Of a stretch of DNA of 40,730 bases, positions 1-8,256 are shown one piece after another. The DNA is taken from positions 1 to 40,730 of the forward strand of contig JAJQHF010000211.1 of NCBI GenBank assembly GCA_021199975.1, written 5' to 3'. Source of the stretch: Candidatus Gastranaerophilales bacterium. GTDB lineage: Bacteria; Cyanobacteriota; Vampirovibrionia; Gastranaerophilales; Gastranaerophilaceae. Under the pieces are notes generated by a model, which saw nothing but the letters and a program-made list of their open reading frames with translations, was not told the origin of the DNA and searched no databases. The stretch's first letter is position 1. Each line of letters starts with the position of its first letter. The translations under genes were made by a program, and so were the position numbers.

Positions 1-541
1 CTTTATCTGTTTCTATTTCTTTATTAATAATTTTACGTGCTATTTCAACAGAGATATCAATAATACAATCCGATACTTTTTGAAAGACCACATCTTTATA
101 TTTAAAAAATTCCAAGAAATTAGCTCTTAAGTCCTCTAAATCCTTTTGAGCTGCATTAATTCCTTCTTTATACCCCTCTTGTCTTGCAAGCTCTTTTATG
201 GATTGGGCATCTTTTTGCGCACGAGAAACAACATTTCTGTCCTGAGTTCTTCTATAACCTCTTCTTCTTGTTCCTTCTCTTCTTTCTTCTCTTTGCTCAA
301 ATTTAATATTTTCGATTGATAAATCCAAATCTTCAATGCTTTTTTTCTTTTTTAATAATTCCTTTTCATTCTTTACAGCTTCTTCTTGTTCTTTTTCAAC
401 AATTTTTTGCTGCGCAATATCAATAGCAGGATGTTTTTTTTCTTCCTCCTTATTATTAACTTCAACGTTTTCTTTTTTCTCTTCCGGTTGAGTATTTTCT
501 TCCGTTTTCTTCAGAGTAGTATATTTCTTTTTAATTATCAT
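1..541 (-). CDS. fliH: Flagellar assembly protein FliH, 5' portion (3' end lies beyond window start)
   Basis: Absent from the ORF track because it runs off the window. My reverse-complement reading from the ATG at 541..539 stays open to position 1. It gives MIIKKKYTTLKKTEENTQPEE...SRAQKDAQSIKELARQEGYKEGINAAQKDLEDLRANF...VSDCIIDISVEIARKIINKEIETDK. A Lys/Glu-rich N-terminus followed by A..EGY..G and IA.KII..E segments is the FliH pattern. The start overlaps the upstream stop (ATGATAATTAA), and the gene sits downstream of fliF and the fliG-slot ORF. Confidence 0.6.
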   Translation of the reverse strand, partial: MIIKKKYTTLKKTEENTQPEEKKENVEVNNKEEEKKHPAIDIAQQKIVEKEQEEAVKNEKELLKKKKSIEDLDLSIENIKFEQREERREGTRRRGYRRTQDRNVVSRAQKDAQSIKELARQEGYKEGINAAQKDLEDLRANFLEFFKYKDVVFQKVSDCIIDISVEIARKIINKEIETDK

Positions 542-1529
542 TAATTTTTTCTTCTATTATTTTAACTAAAGATTGTATTACTAATGGCGAAAATGTTTTT
601 TCCGCAGGAAAAGAAGTGTCTAAAATGAAATCCTTTACCGATTCTCTTTCTTTGACTGCTAATTCGCTTAAAACATCGGGAGGAGTCATTTTTATCATCT
701 TATAATAACCTTTTAAAATCTTAGGAACATTAACAAAATCAGAAACAGGTAAAATTTTTCTTATTTCTTCAATTGATTTAATTATAACTTGATGATCAAT
801 TTTATCTTCTATATTGCTCATTTTCATGTAATTTATAACGTGCTGAACATCTTGTTTATCAAGTGAATTAAGAATTTCATTAGCCTTATTCTCGGGAAGA
901 TTTTTTAATACTATTGCAAGTGCTGCAAGTTTTAGAACCTTTTTATCCGAAGTAGAGGAAGTTTGTTCATCTCCGCTTGAACCGGCTTTTTTCAGATTTG
1001 ATTCGTCTTCTGTTTTTTGAACCATATCATTAAGATTTGAGGTATTAACAGCTAAATCATATTGCTGTTGCGAAAGAATCCCTTTTTTTACAAGTTTTTT
1101 CAATTCTTCCGTATAAACCTGTTTAACTTTTTCTTCCACTAAGGTTATTATTGCATCCTGTGGCATTTTTTTTATGAGAGCCAATTTTGCGGTATTAAAA
1201 ATATTTGCTGCTATAATTTGCAATATAGCATCACGATTTTGCTGAGGAATTTTACCTTTTATTAAATCAATAGATTTATGAAAAGCCCACTCACCTATAA
1301 ATTGTGTAACTAAACTTGCTTGTTCTGCTGTAAATTTTAATTGAGCATCTTTACTTAATGCTTCACCTGACATAAAACAAAATTTACGAACCGTTTCAAC
1401 TATATTTTTTTTATCCTGCTCAGAGAGAGTATCCGGTGCGGCATTAGAATTGGGCTGCATTAAAACCTCTAATGCCTGTTTGGCTAAATCTATTGAAAAT
1501 GCTTTATAATCAAATCCCTCTATCGGCAT
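531..1529 (-). CDS. Flagellar-operon protein in the fliG position; only a FliG_N-like ARM segment is recognisable (divergent FliG or novel component)
   Basis: A 332-aa ORF between fliF and fliH, which is the canonical fliG slot, and of the right size. Residues ~196-260 (KKVLKLAALAIVLKNLPENKANEILNSLDKQDVQHVINYM) resemble the FliG N-domain helix pattern. I cannot find the EHPQ(R) middle-domain motif or the MFxFEDL / torque-helix C-domain motifs. Confidence 0.45.
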   Translation of the reverse strand: MPIEGFDYKAFSIDLAKQALEVLMQPNSNAAPDTLSEQDKKNIVETVRKFCFMSGEALSKDAQLKFTAEQASLVTQFIGEWAFHKSIDLIKGKIPQQNRDAILQIIAANIFNTAKLALIKKMPQDAIITLVEEKVKQVYTEELKKLVKKGILSQQQYDLAVNTSNLNDMVQKTEDESNLKKAGSSGDEQTSSTSDKKVLKLAALAIVLKNLPENKANEILNSLDKQDVQHVINYMKMSNIEDKIDHQVIIKSIEEIRKILPVSDFVNVPKILKGYYKMIKMTPPDVLSELAVKERESVKDFILDTSFPAEKTFSPLVIQSLVKIIEEKINDN

Positions 1530-1539
1530 TTTTACCCCG

Positions 1540-3192
1540 CTATGACTTTTCTATCCAGCTTTTCAATCCTTTAAGAGTCTTTTCACTGTCTGAGTTTGCT
1601 ATATCGGAAGAAATTTCTTCAATAGCTTCCTCTAAGGATGTATCAGGCTCTTGTTTCTTTTCTATTTGAAGCTGTTTTTGATGTTCTAAAAGTTCTTGAG
1701 TTAAAATAGTCTGTTTCTCTATTAATTCAGCCGCTTTTAGATTGACATCAACTATTTGTTTTTCTTGTTGGCTTGTTTTTTCTTTCAATTTTTTTAATTC
1801 CTCTTCCTGCTCGGATGAAGAATCTTTCAATTTTTTATGTACAAAAATGAAACCTACAAATAAACCCGCAACTATTAATACAAGAGCAAGCCACCACGGA
1901 TTTCCCGAAGCATCCGGAACCGGAAGGTTTACAGGTCTATCTGATGCAAGATACGGGTCTATTGTTTCCGAAAAAGCAATTGATACATCAGCTGCATTAA
2001 CTTTCGGTGATGCCGCATTAGCTATTAAATCTTTTAATTCATCTAATGTCATATTTGGCGGCATTGCATCTGCATTCATCGTTACCGCTATGGATATTTT
2101 TTCAATTATACCCGTATTATAATATTCACTCTTATGAGTTTTTCCGACTCCGTAAGTAGATTCGGTTGCGGTTCTTGAATAATTTTTATTTTGAGAAGAA
2201 GAGGAAGAAGAATTTTGAAGTCCGTTAGGTAAATACACACTGACTGCATCAGAACCTTTATTTGTATCTTCAGATGTATCGCCAAGCCCTTCTTTGAAGG
2301 TTTGTTCTGTTAACGATGTTTTCTTTTCAGGATCATATTCTATACTGGTAACTTCTTTCGGAACCTGATTTAATGAAGTGCTTACAGTAACGACATAATT
2401 CCCGTGACCTATCAGCATATCCAATTGAGCTGCCACTTTGTTTTGCAAATATGTATCATTTTCCTGTATTTTGGATATTTGGTCATCTATTGATTTAACA
2501 AGACTGTTATACACATTTCCGTTTGAATCAGTTATGGATATATTATCCGAAGATAAATCAACAACACTGCCTACCAATAAACTTTTAATTGCCTTGATAA
2601 CAGAAGCATCAAGCCTTACATCACTTGCAACCGTAAGCATAACCGTGGCACTGATTGGTTTTTTATCAGCCTTAAAAAATGAATTTTCGGGAATGGATAC
2701 AAGGACAGAAGCATTATCTATATTAGGCATTTGTCTTATTAATCTAGAAAGCTCACCGTTAACCGCTCTTGCAAGTTTAATCCTTTTATCTTCTCTAGTT
2801 GAGGTAAAATCATTTTTATCAAAAATTTCCAACCCTACATTTTGGTCTATCAAACCGCTTTTTACAAGAAGTAATAGAGCACTGTCACGCTGTGAATTTG
2901 TATATTTGCCGCCTTCAAGAAAAACCGTTGTTTTACTTCCGTCGGCTTTTCTTTTGGCATTTATTTTATGTCTTGCAAGTATAGTTTGTATTTCAATTGC
3001 TTTTCCCTGATTATCGGTTGTAACAATATCAAACGGTTCTTTTTCAAACTTATCTATAACTTCACCGCCCGATGAGGATTTTCCTGCCACTGCAAAACAA
3101 ATAATAAGAATTATTATAAATATAAGCAAACCCGCCCCGCCGATAACGGAGTATAGTATTGTTTTATTTTTCAACAGTTCTTTTATATTCAT
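1540..3192 (-). CDS. fliF: Flagellar M-ring protein FliF
   Basis: 550 aa. It has an N-terminal TM helix and a YscJ/FliF-family core (ARAVNGELSRLIRQMPNIDNASVLVSIPENSFF, ISATVMLTV, SLLVGSVVDLSSDNISITDSNG). A second TM helix (WWLALVLIVAGLFVGFIFV) is followed by a charged coiled-coil cytoplasmic tail. Flagellar operon context. Confidence 0.9.
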   Translation of the reverse strand: MNIKELLKNKTILYSVIGGAGLLIFIIILIICFAVAGKSSSGGEVIDKFEKEPFDIVTTDNQGKAIEIQTILARHKINAKRKADGSKTTVFLEGGKYTNSQRDSALLLLVKSGLIDQNVGLEIFDKNDFTSTREDKRIKLARAVNGELSRLIRQMPNIDNASVLVSIPENSFFKADKKPISATVMLTVASDVRLDASVIKAIKSLLVGSVVDLSSDNISITDSNGNVYNSLVKSIDDQISKIQENDTYLQNKVAAQLDMLIGHGNYVVTVSTSLNQVPKEVTSIEYDPEKKTSLTEQTFKEGLGDTSEDTNKGSDAVSVYLPNGLQNSSSSSSQNKNYSRTATESTYGVGKTHKSEYYNTGIIEKISIAVTMNADAMPPNMTLDELKDLIANAASPKVNAADVSIAFSETIDPYLASDRPVNLPVPDASGNPWWLALVLIVAGLFVGFIFVHKKLKDSSSEQEEELKKLKEKTSQQEKQIVDVNLKAAELIEKQTILTQELLEHQKQLQIEKKQEPDTSLEEAIEEISSDIANSDSEKTLKGLKSWIEKS

Positions 3193-3226
3193 AAATCCCT
3201 AATCTTTACACTTTTACCCATTGGAT

Positions 3227-3255
3227 ATTATACTATTTTTTTTACTATCGGGTAA
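3227..3255 (-). promoter_or_regulatory. Possible sigma70-type internal promoter ahead of fliF (TTACCC-17 nt-TATAAT)
   Basis: On the minus strand, TTACCC lies at 3255..3250 and TATAAT at 3232..3227, separated by 17 nt. This is ~35 nt upstream of the fliF ATG, which is preceded by an AGGGA Shine-Dalgarno. Sequence match only. Confidence 0.3.
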
Positions 3256-3338
3256 CTTCTTAACACTTATTTATTAAATGACATTTTGACGGCGGCGGAG
3301 AGCGGGCTGCAAAATGCGGCACCGGATTAAATCATAAA

Positions 3339-3680
3339 CTATATAGAAATATTCATAACTGTATTATAAGCGGTTACAACCTTAGATGTTACTTGTGTCG
3401 CAAGAGTTATACCTATTTCGGCTTTTGCAACGGCTGTCATAACATCATGGATATCGACATCCGAATTTCCCATTAGCTGCTCATTAAACAATTGGTCAGG
3501 TTTTTCTATTTCATCATTTAAATTACTGACAAGTCCCGAAAGAACATCTTTAAAACTTGTTCCTTCTGTTTCGTTTAAATTGTTTGCAGTGAAATTTTTT
3601 TTAGAAAATCCTTCTATCGGCATTGAAGAAGATAAATCCGAAAAAATATTTATATTTGGTACATATTTGTTTTCTATCAT
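3339..3680 (-). CDS. fliE: Flagellar hook-basal body complex protein FliE
   Basis: 113 aa. The C-terminal two-thirds (SFKDVLSGLVSNLN...DIHDVMTAVAKAEIGITLATQVTSKVVTAYNTVMNISI) matches the FliE pattern. It sits between flgC/SLT and fliF. Confidence 0.8.
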   Translation of the reverse strand: MIENKYVPNINIFSDLSSSMPIEGFSKKNFTANNLNETEGTSFKDVLSGLVSNLNDEIEKPDQLFNEQLMGNSDVDIHDVMTAVAKAEIGITLATQVTSKVVTAYNTVMNISI

Positions 3681-3695
3681 TTATATGCCTTTCTT

Positions 3696-4391
3696 TTATA
3701 AGTAATTAGCAAGTACATTTTTTACATAATTTTGAGTTTCTCGAAACGGAGGCACGCCATCATATTTATCAACATTTCCGGGACCTGCATTATATGCAGC
3801 AAGTGCCAGTACTATATTGCCGTTATATTTGTCCATCATACTTTTCAAATATTTTACGCCGCCTTCAATATTTTGAACAGGATTATAAGGATCTGTAACA
3901 CCCAATGATTTTGCGGTTGCAGGCATTAATTGCATTAACCCTTGTGCCCCTGCTTTAGATTTTGCTTTTGCATTATATCCTGATTCTTGTTTTATTACGG
4001 CATTAACCAATTTTTCATCAACACCATGTTTTTTTGAAATTTTAGAAATTAAATCTTTTATATGTGACTTACTTGAACTGTTTGAAACCGGAATATAAGG
4101 CAGAGTTTCAGAATTATCCTCATAAGGTGTTATGTTTTCAATTTTTCGAGCCTCAACATTTTTTGTTGTCAAAGAACCAAATTTTACATTTGAACCGGAA
4201 TTATTTATATTAAATCTTGTATGAACATTCAAAGAGGAATTCATAACATCTTCAAAAGTTTTAAATTCAACACCTTCTTCTAAAGCAGCTGATGATTGAG
4301 ATTGAACATAATTACTAAGCTGCTGCGCTCTTTGAACAGCCGCTGCCTGACCTGAAGAATTTAATAAATTTTGTATCATACCTGTAAACAT
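3696..4391 (-). CDS. Lytic transglycosylase (SLT / GH23 domain), flagellar-operon encoded
   Basis: The C-terminal ~130 aa carry the SLT signature: [29 protein letters not shown]...[10 protein letters not shown], with the catalytic Glu in QES. The N-terminal ~100 aa are low-complexity Ser/Asn/Gln-rich. The gene is embedded between flgC and fliE. Confidence 0.85.
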   Translation of the reverse strand: MFTGMIQNLLNSSGQAAAVQRAQQLSNYVQSQSSAALEEGVEFKTFEDVMNSSLNVHTRFNINNSGSNVKFGSLTTKNVEARKIENITPYEDNSETLPYIPVSNSSSKSHIKDLISKISKKHGVDEKLVNAVIKQESGYNAKAKSKAGAQGLMQLMPATAKSLGVTDPYNPVQNIEGGVKYLKSMMDKYNGNIVLALAAYNAGPGNVDKYDGVPPFRETQNYVKNVLANYL

Positions 4392-4417
4392 TACACATTA
4401 CCCACTAATTAATATCT

Positions 4418-4861
4418 TTAACTGCCTATTGTTGCTGCCCTGTCAGCCATTGATTTTGTCATTGTAATAATGGCAAGACTTGCCTCATAAGCTCTTTGCG
4501 CCATTATTGCATCTGTTATTTCAACAAGAGGATCCACATTAGAAGCTCTTATGTAGCCGTTTTCATCCGCATCAGGATGTCCGGGACGATACAATTTATC
4601 TCCTAAAGTAGGATCTTCAACAACTCCTGCCATTGCAACACTGCCTGAAGAATAAGGCAAAGTTCCAGAGCCGAAAGCAGCCTCTTTCATTTGATTCATA
4701 ACACTCAAAAAAGAACTCCTGTCTGTCGAAACAATAAGAGGAATTTTTCTTGTATAATTCGGTGTGTCAAGATTAGCGACGTTTTTTGAACTTATATCCA
4801 ATCTCATACCGTGTACTTTAAGGCCGTCACAGCCTATATTCATTGCACTTAATATACCCAT
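4418..4861 (-). CDS. flgC: Flagellar basal-body rod protein FlgC
   Basis: 147 aa. N-terminal SSKNVANLDTPNYTRK and C-terminal VDPLVEITDAIMAQRAYEASLAIITMTKSMADRA are typical FlgC motifs. The start shares one nucleotide with the flgB stop (TAATG). Confidence 0.9.
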   Translation of the reverse strand: MGILSAMNIGCDGLKVHGMRLDISSKNVANLDTPNYTRKIPLIVSTDRSSFLSVMNQMKEAAFGSGTLPYSSGSVAMAGVVEDPTLGDKLYRPGHPDADENGYIRASNVDPLVEITDAIMAQRAYEASLAIITMTKSMADRAATIGS

Positions 4862-5211
4862 TAGCTGCTACCCATATTTATAACTGTTTTCATTTCCGTA
4901 ATCAAAGAAGTCATCCTTCGTGCCGCCGTTGTATATAACAAAGAGTTTTTCTGCATTTCAGATAACTCTGTAGCAGGATCAACTTTTTCGCTTGATGTTT
5001 CAATGCTGACAGGGGAAGGCCCCATTTTAGCCGCCAGAGCAGTTTCCAAAGGATTTGCCGTTCCTCCTAAATATTGAGAAAAAGATATATCTTTTCTTCT
5101 GTAATTAGGAGTATCCATATTCGCCAAATTACAAGACAAAGCTTTTTGTCTTTCTGCTATTAAATCTAATGCGTGAAGCGTTCTTCCCATCGGATTATTT
5201 GGTATTATCAT
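4861..5211 (-). CDS. flgB: Flagellar basal-body rod protein FlgB
   Basis: 116 aa. It has the rod-protein N-terminal motif (LSCNLANMDTPNYRRKDISF) and sits immediately upstream of flgC. Confidence 0.85.
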   Translation of the reverse strand: MIIPNNPMGRTLHALDLIAERQKALSCNLANMDTPNYRRKDISFSQYLGGTANPLETALAAKMGPSPVSIETSSEKVDPATELSEMQKNSLLYTTAARRMTSLITEMKTVINMGSS

Positions 5212-5222
5212 TTACTTTCCTC

Positions 5223-5936
5223 TTACTGATTTAACTGCAATACGTTAGTATACATTTCATTTACCGTTTGCATTACTTTAAAGCTTGCAAGCATTGAAGC
5301 ATTAAGCCTCATTACTGTATTAACCTGACTTATTATGTCAACATTTGTAACTTCAAGTTTACCTTGCCTGAATTTTGTATTATTTTTATCTAAAATCGGT
5401 TCTCCTGATTCTTCTGTTAAGTAAAATTTATTATTGTCCGCTTTTTTTAAACCTTCAGGATTAAGAAAGTTTACAAGCGGTATAGTTCCTAAAGTTTCTC
5501 TTTGAGTTCCGTCATTTGAATATATTTCAACATTTCCGTTTGCTTTAATTTCTATATTTTCATAATTTACCGGAAGTTGAATGCCATCACCTACTAAATA
5601 ACCGTCATTAGTAATCAAATAACCGTCTTTATTTAGCTTAAAGGAACCTTCTCTTGTATATGCAACATCTCCGGTTGGGGAAGTTACGGGAATAAAACCC
5701 ATTCCGTCTATACCTACATCAAAATTATTAGATGTAATCTGCAAAGCACCCGGAGAATAATCAGTTCTTTCAACACCTGTTAAATATCCGTTTTCATCCA
5801 ATATTTGTTCAAAACGAACAGCTTTATAGCCATGAGTATTATAATTTGCTATGTTTGTTGAAACATAGCCCATTTTTTCAAATTGAAGTTCCGAGTTAAC
5901 TATACCTCTGTTTATTATGCCGTGGATTGTTGTCAT
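5223..5936 (-). CDS. flgG: Flagellar basal-body rod protein, FlgG-like
   Basis: 237 aa. It has the N-terminal rod motif (STNIANYNTHGYKAVRFEQI) and a C-terminal GKLEVTNVDIISQVNTVMRLNASMLASFKVMQTVNEM segment, which is the FlgG/FlgF-type DUF1078 end. Confidence 0.75.
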   Translation of the reverse strand: MTTIHGIINRGIVNSELQFEKMGYVSTNIANYNTHGYKAVRFEQILDENGYLTGVERTDYSPGALQITSNNFDVGIDGMGFIPVTSPTGDVAYTREGSFKLNKDGYLITNDGYLVGDGIQLPVNYENIEIKANGNVEIYSNDGTQRETLGTIPLVNFLNPEGLKKADNNKFYLTEESGEPILDKNNTKFRQGKLEVTNVDIISQVNTVMRLNASMLASFKVMQTVNEMYTNVLQLNQ

Positions 5937-5946
5937 TTAGTCCTTT

Positions 5947-6636
5947 CTAACTTCCAAGCGCTGAAATTACACTCTGTAAATTAGTATTTTGTATTTTATA
6001 CAACTGCCTGTTTGCTTCAAATGTTTTAGGATACATCATCGCTTCAATAAATTCCGTTTGCAGACTCACATTGGAATATTCGCTATATCCCTGTCTTACA
6101 TTCGGAGCTAAAACCGCAATGCCGTCTTGTGATACTATACCGAGAGTCCCGGCGGTTTCAAACTTTCTTGTTTTATTATTCAAAACTCTTACTACCCCAT
6201 CCAAATCAATCGTTATTTCGTCTAATTTTTCAGGTACAAGAGGAAGTACTAACGGTGTACCGTTATTTGTCAATACAGGATTATCATCCAACGACAATAT
6301 TTCACCGTATTTATTCATTTTAAATCTGCCGTCCCTTGTGAGTTTTATTCCCTCTTTAGTTTGAATTTGGAAATATCCTTTTTCCGCAAGAGCTACATCC
6401 AAAGGATTTTCAGTTAAACCGAGTCTGCCTACCGTATCATCTGTTGTTGTTGATATGGCTTCTTCACCTATAAATTCGGCGAAAGAAGAAACTACAGGAA
6501 TTTTTCTTTGATAACCTATTTTATCAAAGCCTGTTATATTTTCGTTTGTTATTGCCATTAGAGCAGTCTGCATTCTCATTGCTCTTATGTTTTGAACTAT
6601 TCCTCGTTCGGTAAAATGAACACCGCCGTTTATCAT
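5947..6636 (-). CDS. Flagellar basal-body rod protein, FlgF/FlgG-like
   Basis: 229 aa. It has N-terminal ITNENITGFDKIGYQRK and C-terminal SEYSNVSLQTEFIEAMMYPKTFEANRQLYKIQNTNL. It is the first gene of the operon. Whether it is FlgF or FlgG cannot be decided from sequence alone. Confidence 0.7.
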   Translation of the reverse strand: MINGGVHFTERGIVQNIRAMRMQTALMAITNENITGFDKIGYQRKIPVVSSFAEFIGEEAISTTTDDTVGRLGLTENPLDVALAEKGYFQIQTKEGIKLTRDGRFKMNKYGEILSLDDNPVLTNNGTPLVLPLVPEKLDEITIDLDGVVRVLNNKTRKFETAGTLGIVSQDGIAVLAPNVRQGYSEYSNVSLQTEFIEAMMYPKTFEANRQLYKIQNTNLQSVISALGS

Positions 6637-6672
6637 ACAACTTACCCTTTTTAATATTTATTTAATGATAAT

Positions 6673-6700
6673 ATATCGAAAGTCAAAAGTAGTCGTTTTA
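6673..6700 (-). promoter_or_regulatory. Weak sigma28 (FliA)-like promoter match upstream of the rod operon
   Basis: On the minus strand, TAAA lies at 6700..6697 and TTCGATAT at 6680..6673, separated by 16 nt. The consensus is TAAA-N15-GCCGATAA; the CGATA core is present but the flanks are poor. The match is ~40 nt upstream of the ATG at 6636. Confidence 0.2.
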
Positions 6701-6817
6701 TTAGTTGAAATATACAAATTTATTTTATCTTTTCTACTTCGTTTGTATGATTTTTCATATATCACATCTTTTATGTGGTATTATGTTGTAAGATTGTTAA
6801 TTAAACGGTTCAGGGGT

Positions 6818-7693
6818 ATGTATTTAAAAAAAATTTTTCTAATAATTTTTATAATACTAACAATCACGGTACAAAAATCGTATGCAATTAAAATTGGGCT
6901 TCAAACAGATATGAAGGAGATAAAAGTTGCATCCTCCGTATCTGCTGAAATTTATGACGCATTTCAAAATAAACCTTTATATGAAATTAAACCAATGAAA
7001 ATATATCAATTCAAATCCAAAGGGAATGAAATTGCAGTTGTTTCGAATAAAAAAGAATACAAGCTAGGTACCAATCAAGTATTAATAAAAACAAAAACCC
7101 CGGGGTTTTTATGTTCAAAAAAAGCATGGTACAGAGGGGATTTTATTCTTAATAATTGGGGTAATTCAGGTATAACTTTAATTAATGATGTTGAACTTGA
7201 AGACTACTTAAAAGGAGTAGTACCTTCTGAAATGCCTTCAAAATGGAATACGGAAGCATTAAAAGCACAGGCAATAGCGGCAAGAAGCTATGCGGTTGCG
7301 ACAAGAACAGCAGGAAAACATTCATCAAGAGGATTTGACCTTGTTGATACCACAGCGGATCAGGTTTACGGAGGAGCAAGTGCAGAAAAAGCAACTACCT
7401 CACAGGCTGTTGAGGACACAAAGGGAATTGTTTTGGTTCAGGATAAAAAGGTTTTACCAACATACTATCATGCAAGCTCGGGTGGTCAGACAAAAGTTTG
7501 GAGTTCCGGCAGCTCTTTTCTAAAGTCGGTTCCTTCATTTGACGAAGGTACAAAAAAGAACGGACACGGCGCAGGCATGAGCCAGCACGGCGCCAACAAC
7601 TTAGCTGCTCAAGGTTATAACGCATATCAAATTTTAAATTATTTTTACAAGGATTTTAAATTCGCTAAATTAAGTGACAATTGGGATATTTAA
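6818..7693 (+). CDS. SpoIID/LytB-domain protein (peptidoglycan lytic transglycosylase family)
   Basis: SpoIID-family motifs: LEDYLKGVVPSEMPSKWNTEALKAQAIAARSYA...DQVYGG...TYYHASSGGQT...GHGAGMSQHGA. I place the start at the ATG at 6818 (MYLKKIFLIIFIILTITVQKSYA, a signal peptide preceded by GGGG). The 51 upstream codons of the track ORF (6665) are Phe/Leu/Tyr-rich intergenic read-through. Confidence 0.8.
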   Translation: MYLKKIFLIIFIILTITVQKSYAIKIGLQTDMKEIKVASSVSAEIYDAFQNKPLYEIKPMKIYQFKSKGNEIAVVSNKKEYKLGTNQVLIKTKTPGFLCSKKAWYRGDFILNNWGNSGITLINDVELEDYLKGVVPSEMPSKWNTEALKAQAIAARSYAVATRTAGKHSSRGFDLVDTTADQVYGGASAEKATTSQAVEDTKGIVLVQDKKVLPTYYHASSGGQTKVWSSGSSFLKSVPSFDEGTKKNGHGAGMSQHGANNLAAQGYNAYQILNYFYKDFKFAKLSDNWDI

Positions 7694-8019
7694 TTTTTTA
7701 ATTCATCCGGAATATATTTAGTCCAGTCTTTTTCCAATTTATCAATAAAATGATGGGCATCTAAAACATCATCATAGCTGATGGGCAAAGGACAGTCCTG
7801 AAAAGAAAGAGCATCATCTTCAATTTTTTCTTTTGTATCTATTGAGCTTGTTCCTAAAAGAGCAATGCCAAAACTCTTACCGCACTCGGGACAAACTATT
7901 TGCAATACAAGCAGATTCTTTTCCTCCCGCTTTATAAAAATTGCATCTTCATCAAAATCATGCTTGCAGATATTGCAGCACATTCCGGAAAAAAGTTTTT
8001 TTAATTTTGACTTGTTCAT
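7690..8019 (-). CDS. Hypothetical Zn-ribbon protein (CxxC...CxxC)
   Basis: 109 aa with CCNICKHDF...VCPECGKSF, a four-Cys ribbon. A GAGGT Shine-Dalgarno lies 5 nt upstream of the ATG. It converges on spoIID with a 4-nt overlap. I recognise no family. Confidence 0.5.
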   Translation of the reverse strand: MNKSKLKKLFSGMCCNICKHDFDEDAIFIKREEKNLLVLQIVCPECGKSFGIALLGTSSIDTKEKIEDDALSFQDCPLPISYDDVLDAHHFIDKLEKDWTKYIPDELKN

Positions 8020-8108
8020 ATTTACCTCAATATTATATCTTAATGTTTAAAAAAATGTAAATTAGGGTACTGTATATATGTGTAGTTATAAAATAAAGGA
8101 ATTGTGTT

Positions 8109-8204
8109 ATGGATGGTCTTTACTTACTGTTGTTCGGAGCGCTTATGTACTTTTTACTGATTGCATTACCTTCTATGTTTGAAAAACGCAGCGGTGCTCA
8201 CTAG
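8109..8204 (+). CDS. Unannotated 31-codon hydrophobic small ORF (MDGLYLLLFGALMYFLLIALPSMFEKRSGAH)
   Basis: ATG at 8109 preceded by AAGGA 8 nt upstream; TAG at 8202-8204. It encodes one predicted TM helix plus a short charged tail. A strong terminator follows ~25 nt downstream. It is too short for the ORF track. Confidence 0.3.
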   Translation: MDGLYLLLFGALMYFLLIALPSMFEKRSGAH

Positions 8205-8223
8205 AAAAAAATAAAGTTTTTGC

Positions 8224-8256
8224 AAAAACACGGAATAGAGATATTCCGTGTTTTTT
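8224..8256. terminator. Bidirectional Rho-independent terminator between the small ORF (+) and cysS (-)
   Basis: The sequence is AAAAA-CACGGAATA-GAGA-TATTCCGTG-TTTTTT. A perfect 9-bp stem (8229-8237 with 8242-8250) has a 4-nt loop and is flanked by an A-run and a T-run, so it reads as a terminator in both directions. Confidence 0.7.

Noticed and set aside
1472-3010. Plus-strand track ORFs 1472..1669, 1742..2122 and 2438..3010, antisense to fliG-slot/fliF
   Set aside because: They are wholly nested opposite a well-supported conserved gene. Their composition is Phe/Leu/Ser/Ile-rich, typical of antisense frames in AT-rich DNA. They have no Shine-Dalgarno or family resemblance.
3193-3338. A c-di-GMP or other riboswitch in the fliE-fliF spacer
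   Set aside because: The region is too short. It lacks the paired-hairpin/GNRA-receptor layout of GEMM-type riboswitches as I remember them. Only a single GC-rich hairpin is visible, and I have reported it as a low-interest finding.
6071-6364. Plus-strand ORFs 6071..6364 and 6129..6323, opposite the first rod gene
   Set aside because: They are nested antisense ORFs with no motifs, and the rod-protein frame is clearly the real one.
6665-6817. The 51-codon N-terminal extension of the SpoIID ORF as given in the track
   Set aside because: The extension lies in the divergent promoter region and has junk-like composition (FILSFLLRLYDFSYITSFMWYY). A canonical signal peptide begins at the internal ATG at 6818, which has a G-rich ribosome-binding site.
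7182-7625. ORFs 7182..7394(-), 7290..7523(+) and 7395..7625(-) inside spoIID
   Set aside because: They are alternative frames of a gene with strong SpoIID motifs and have no independent support.
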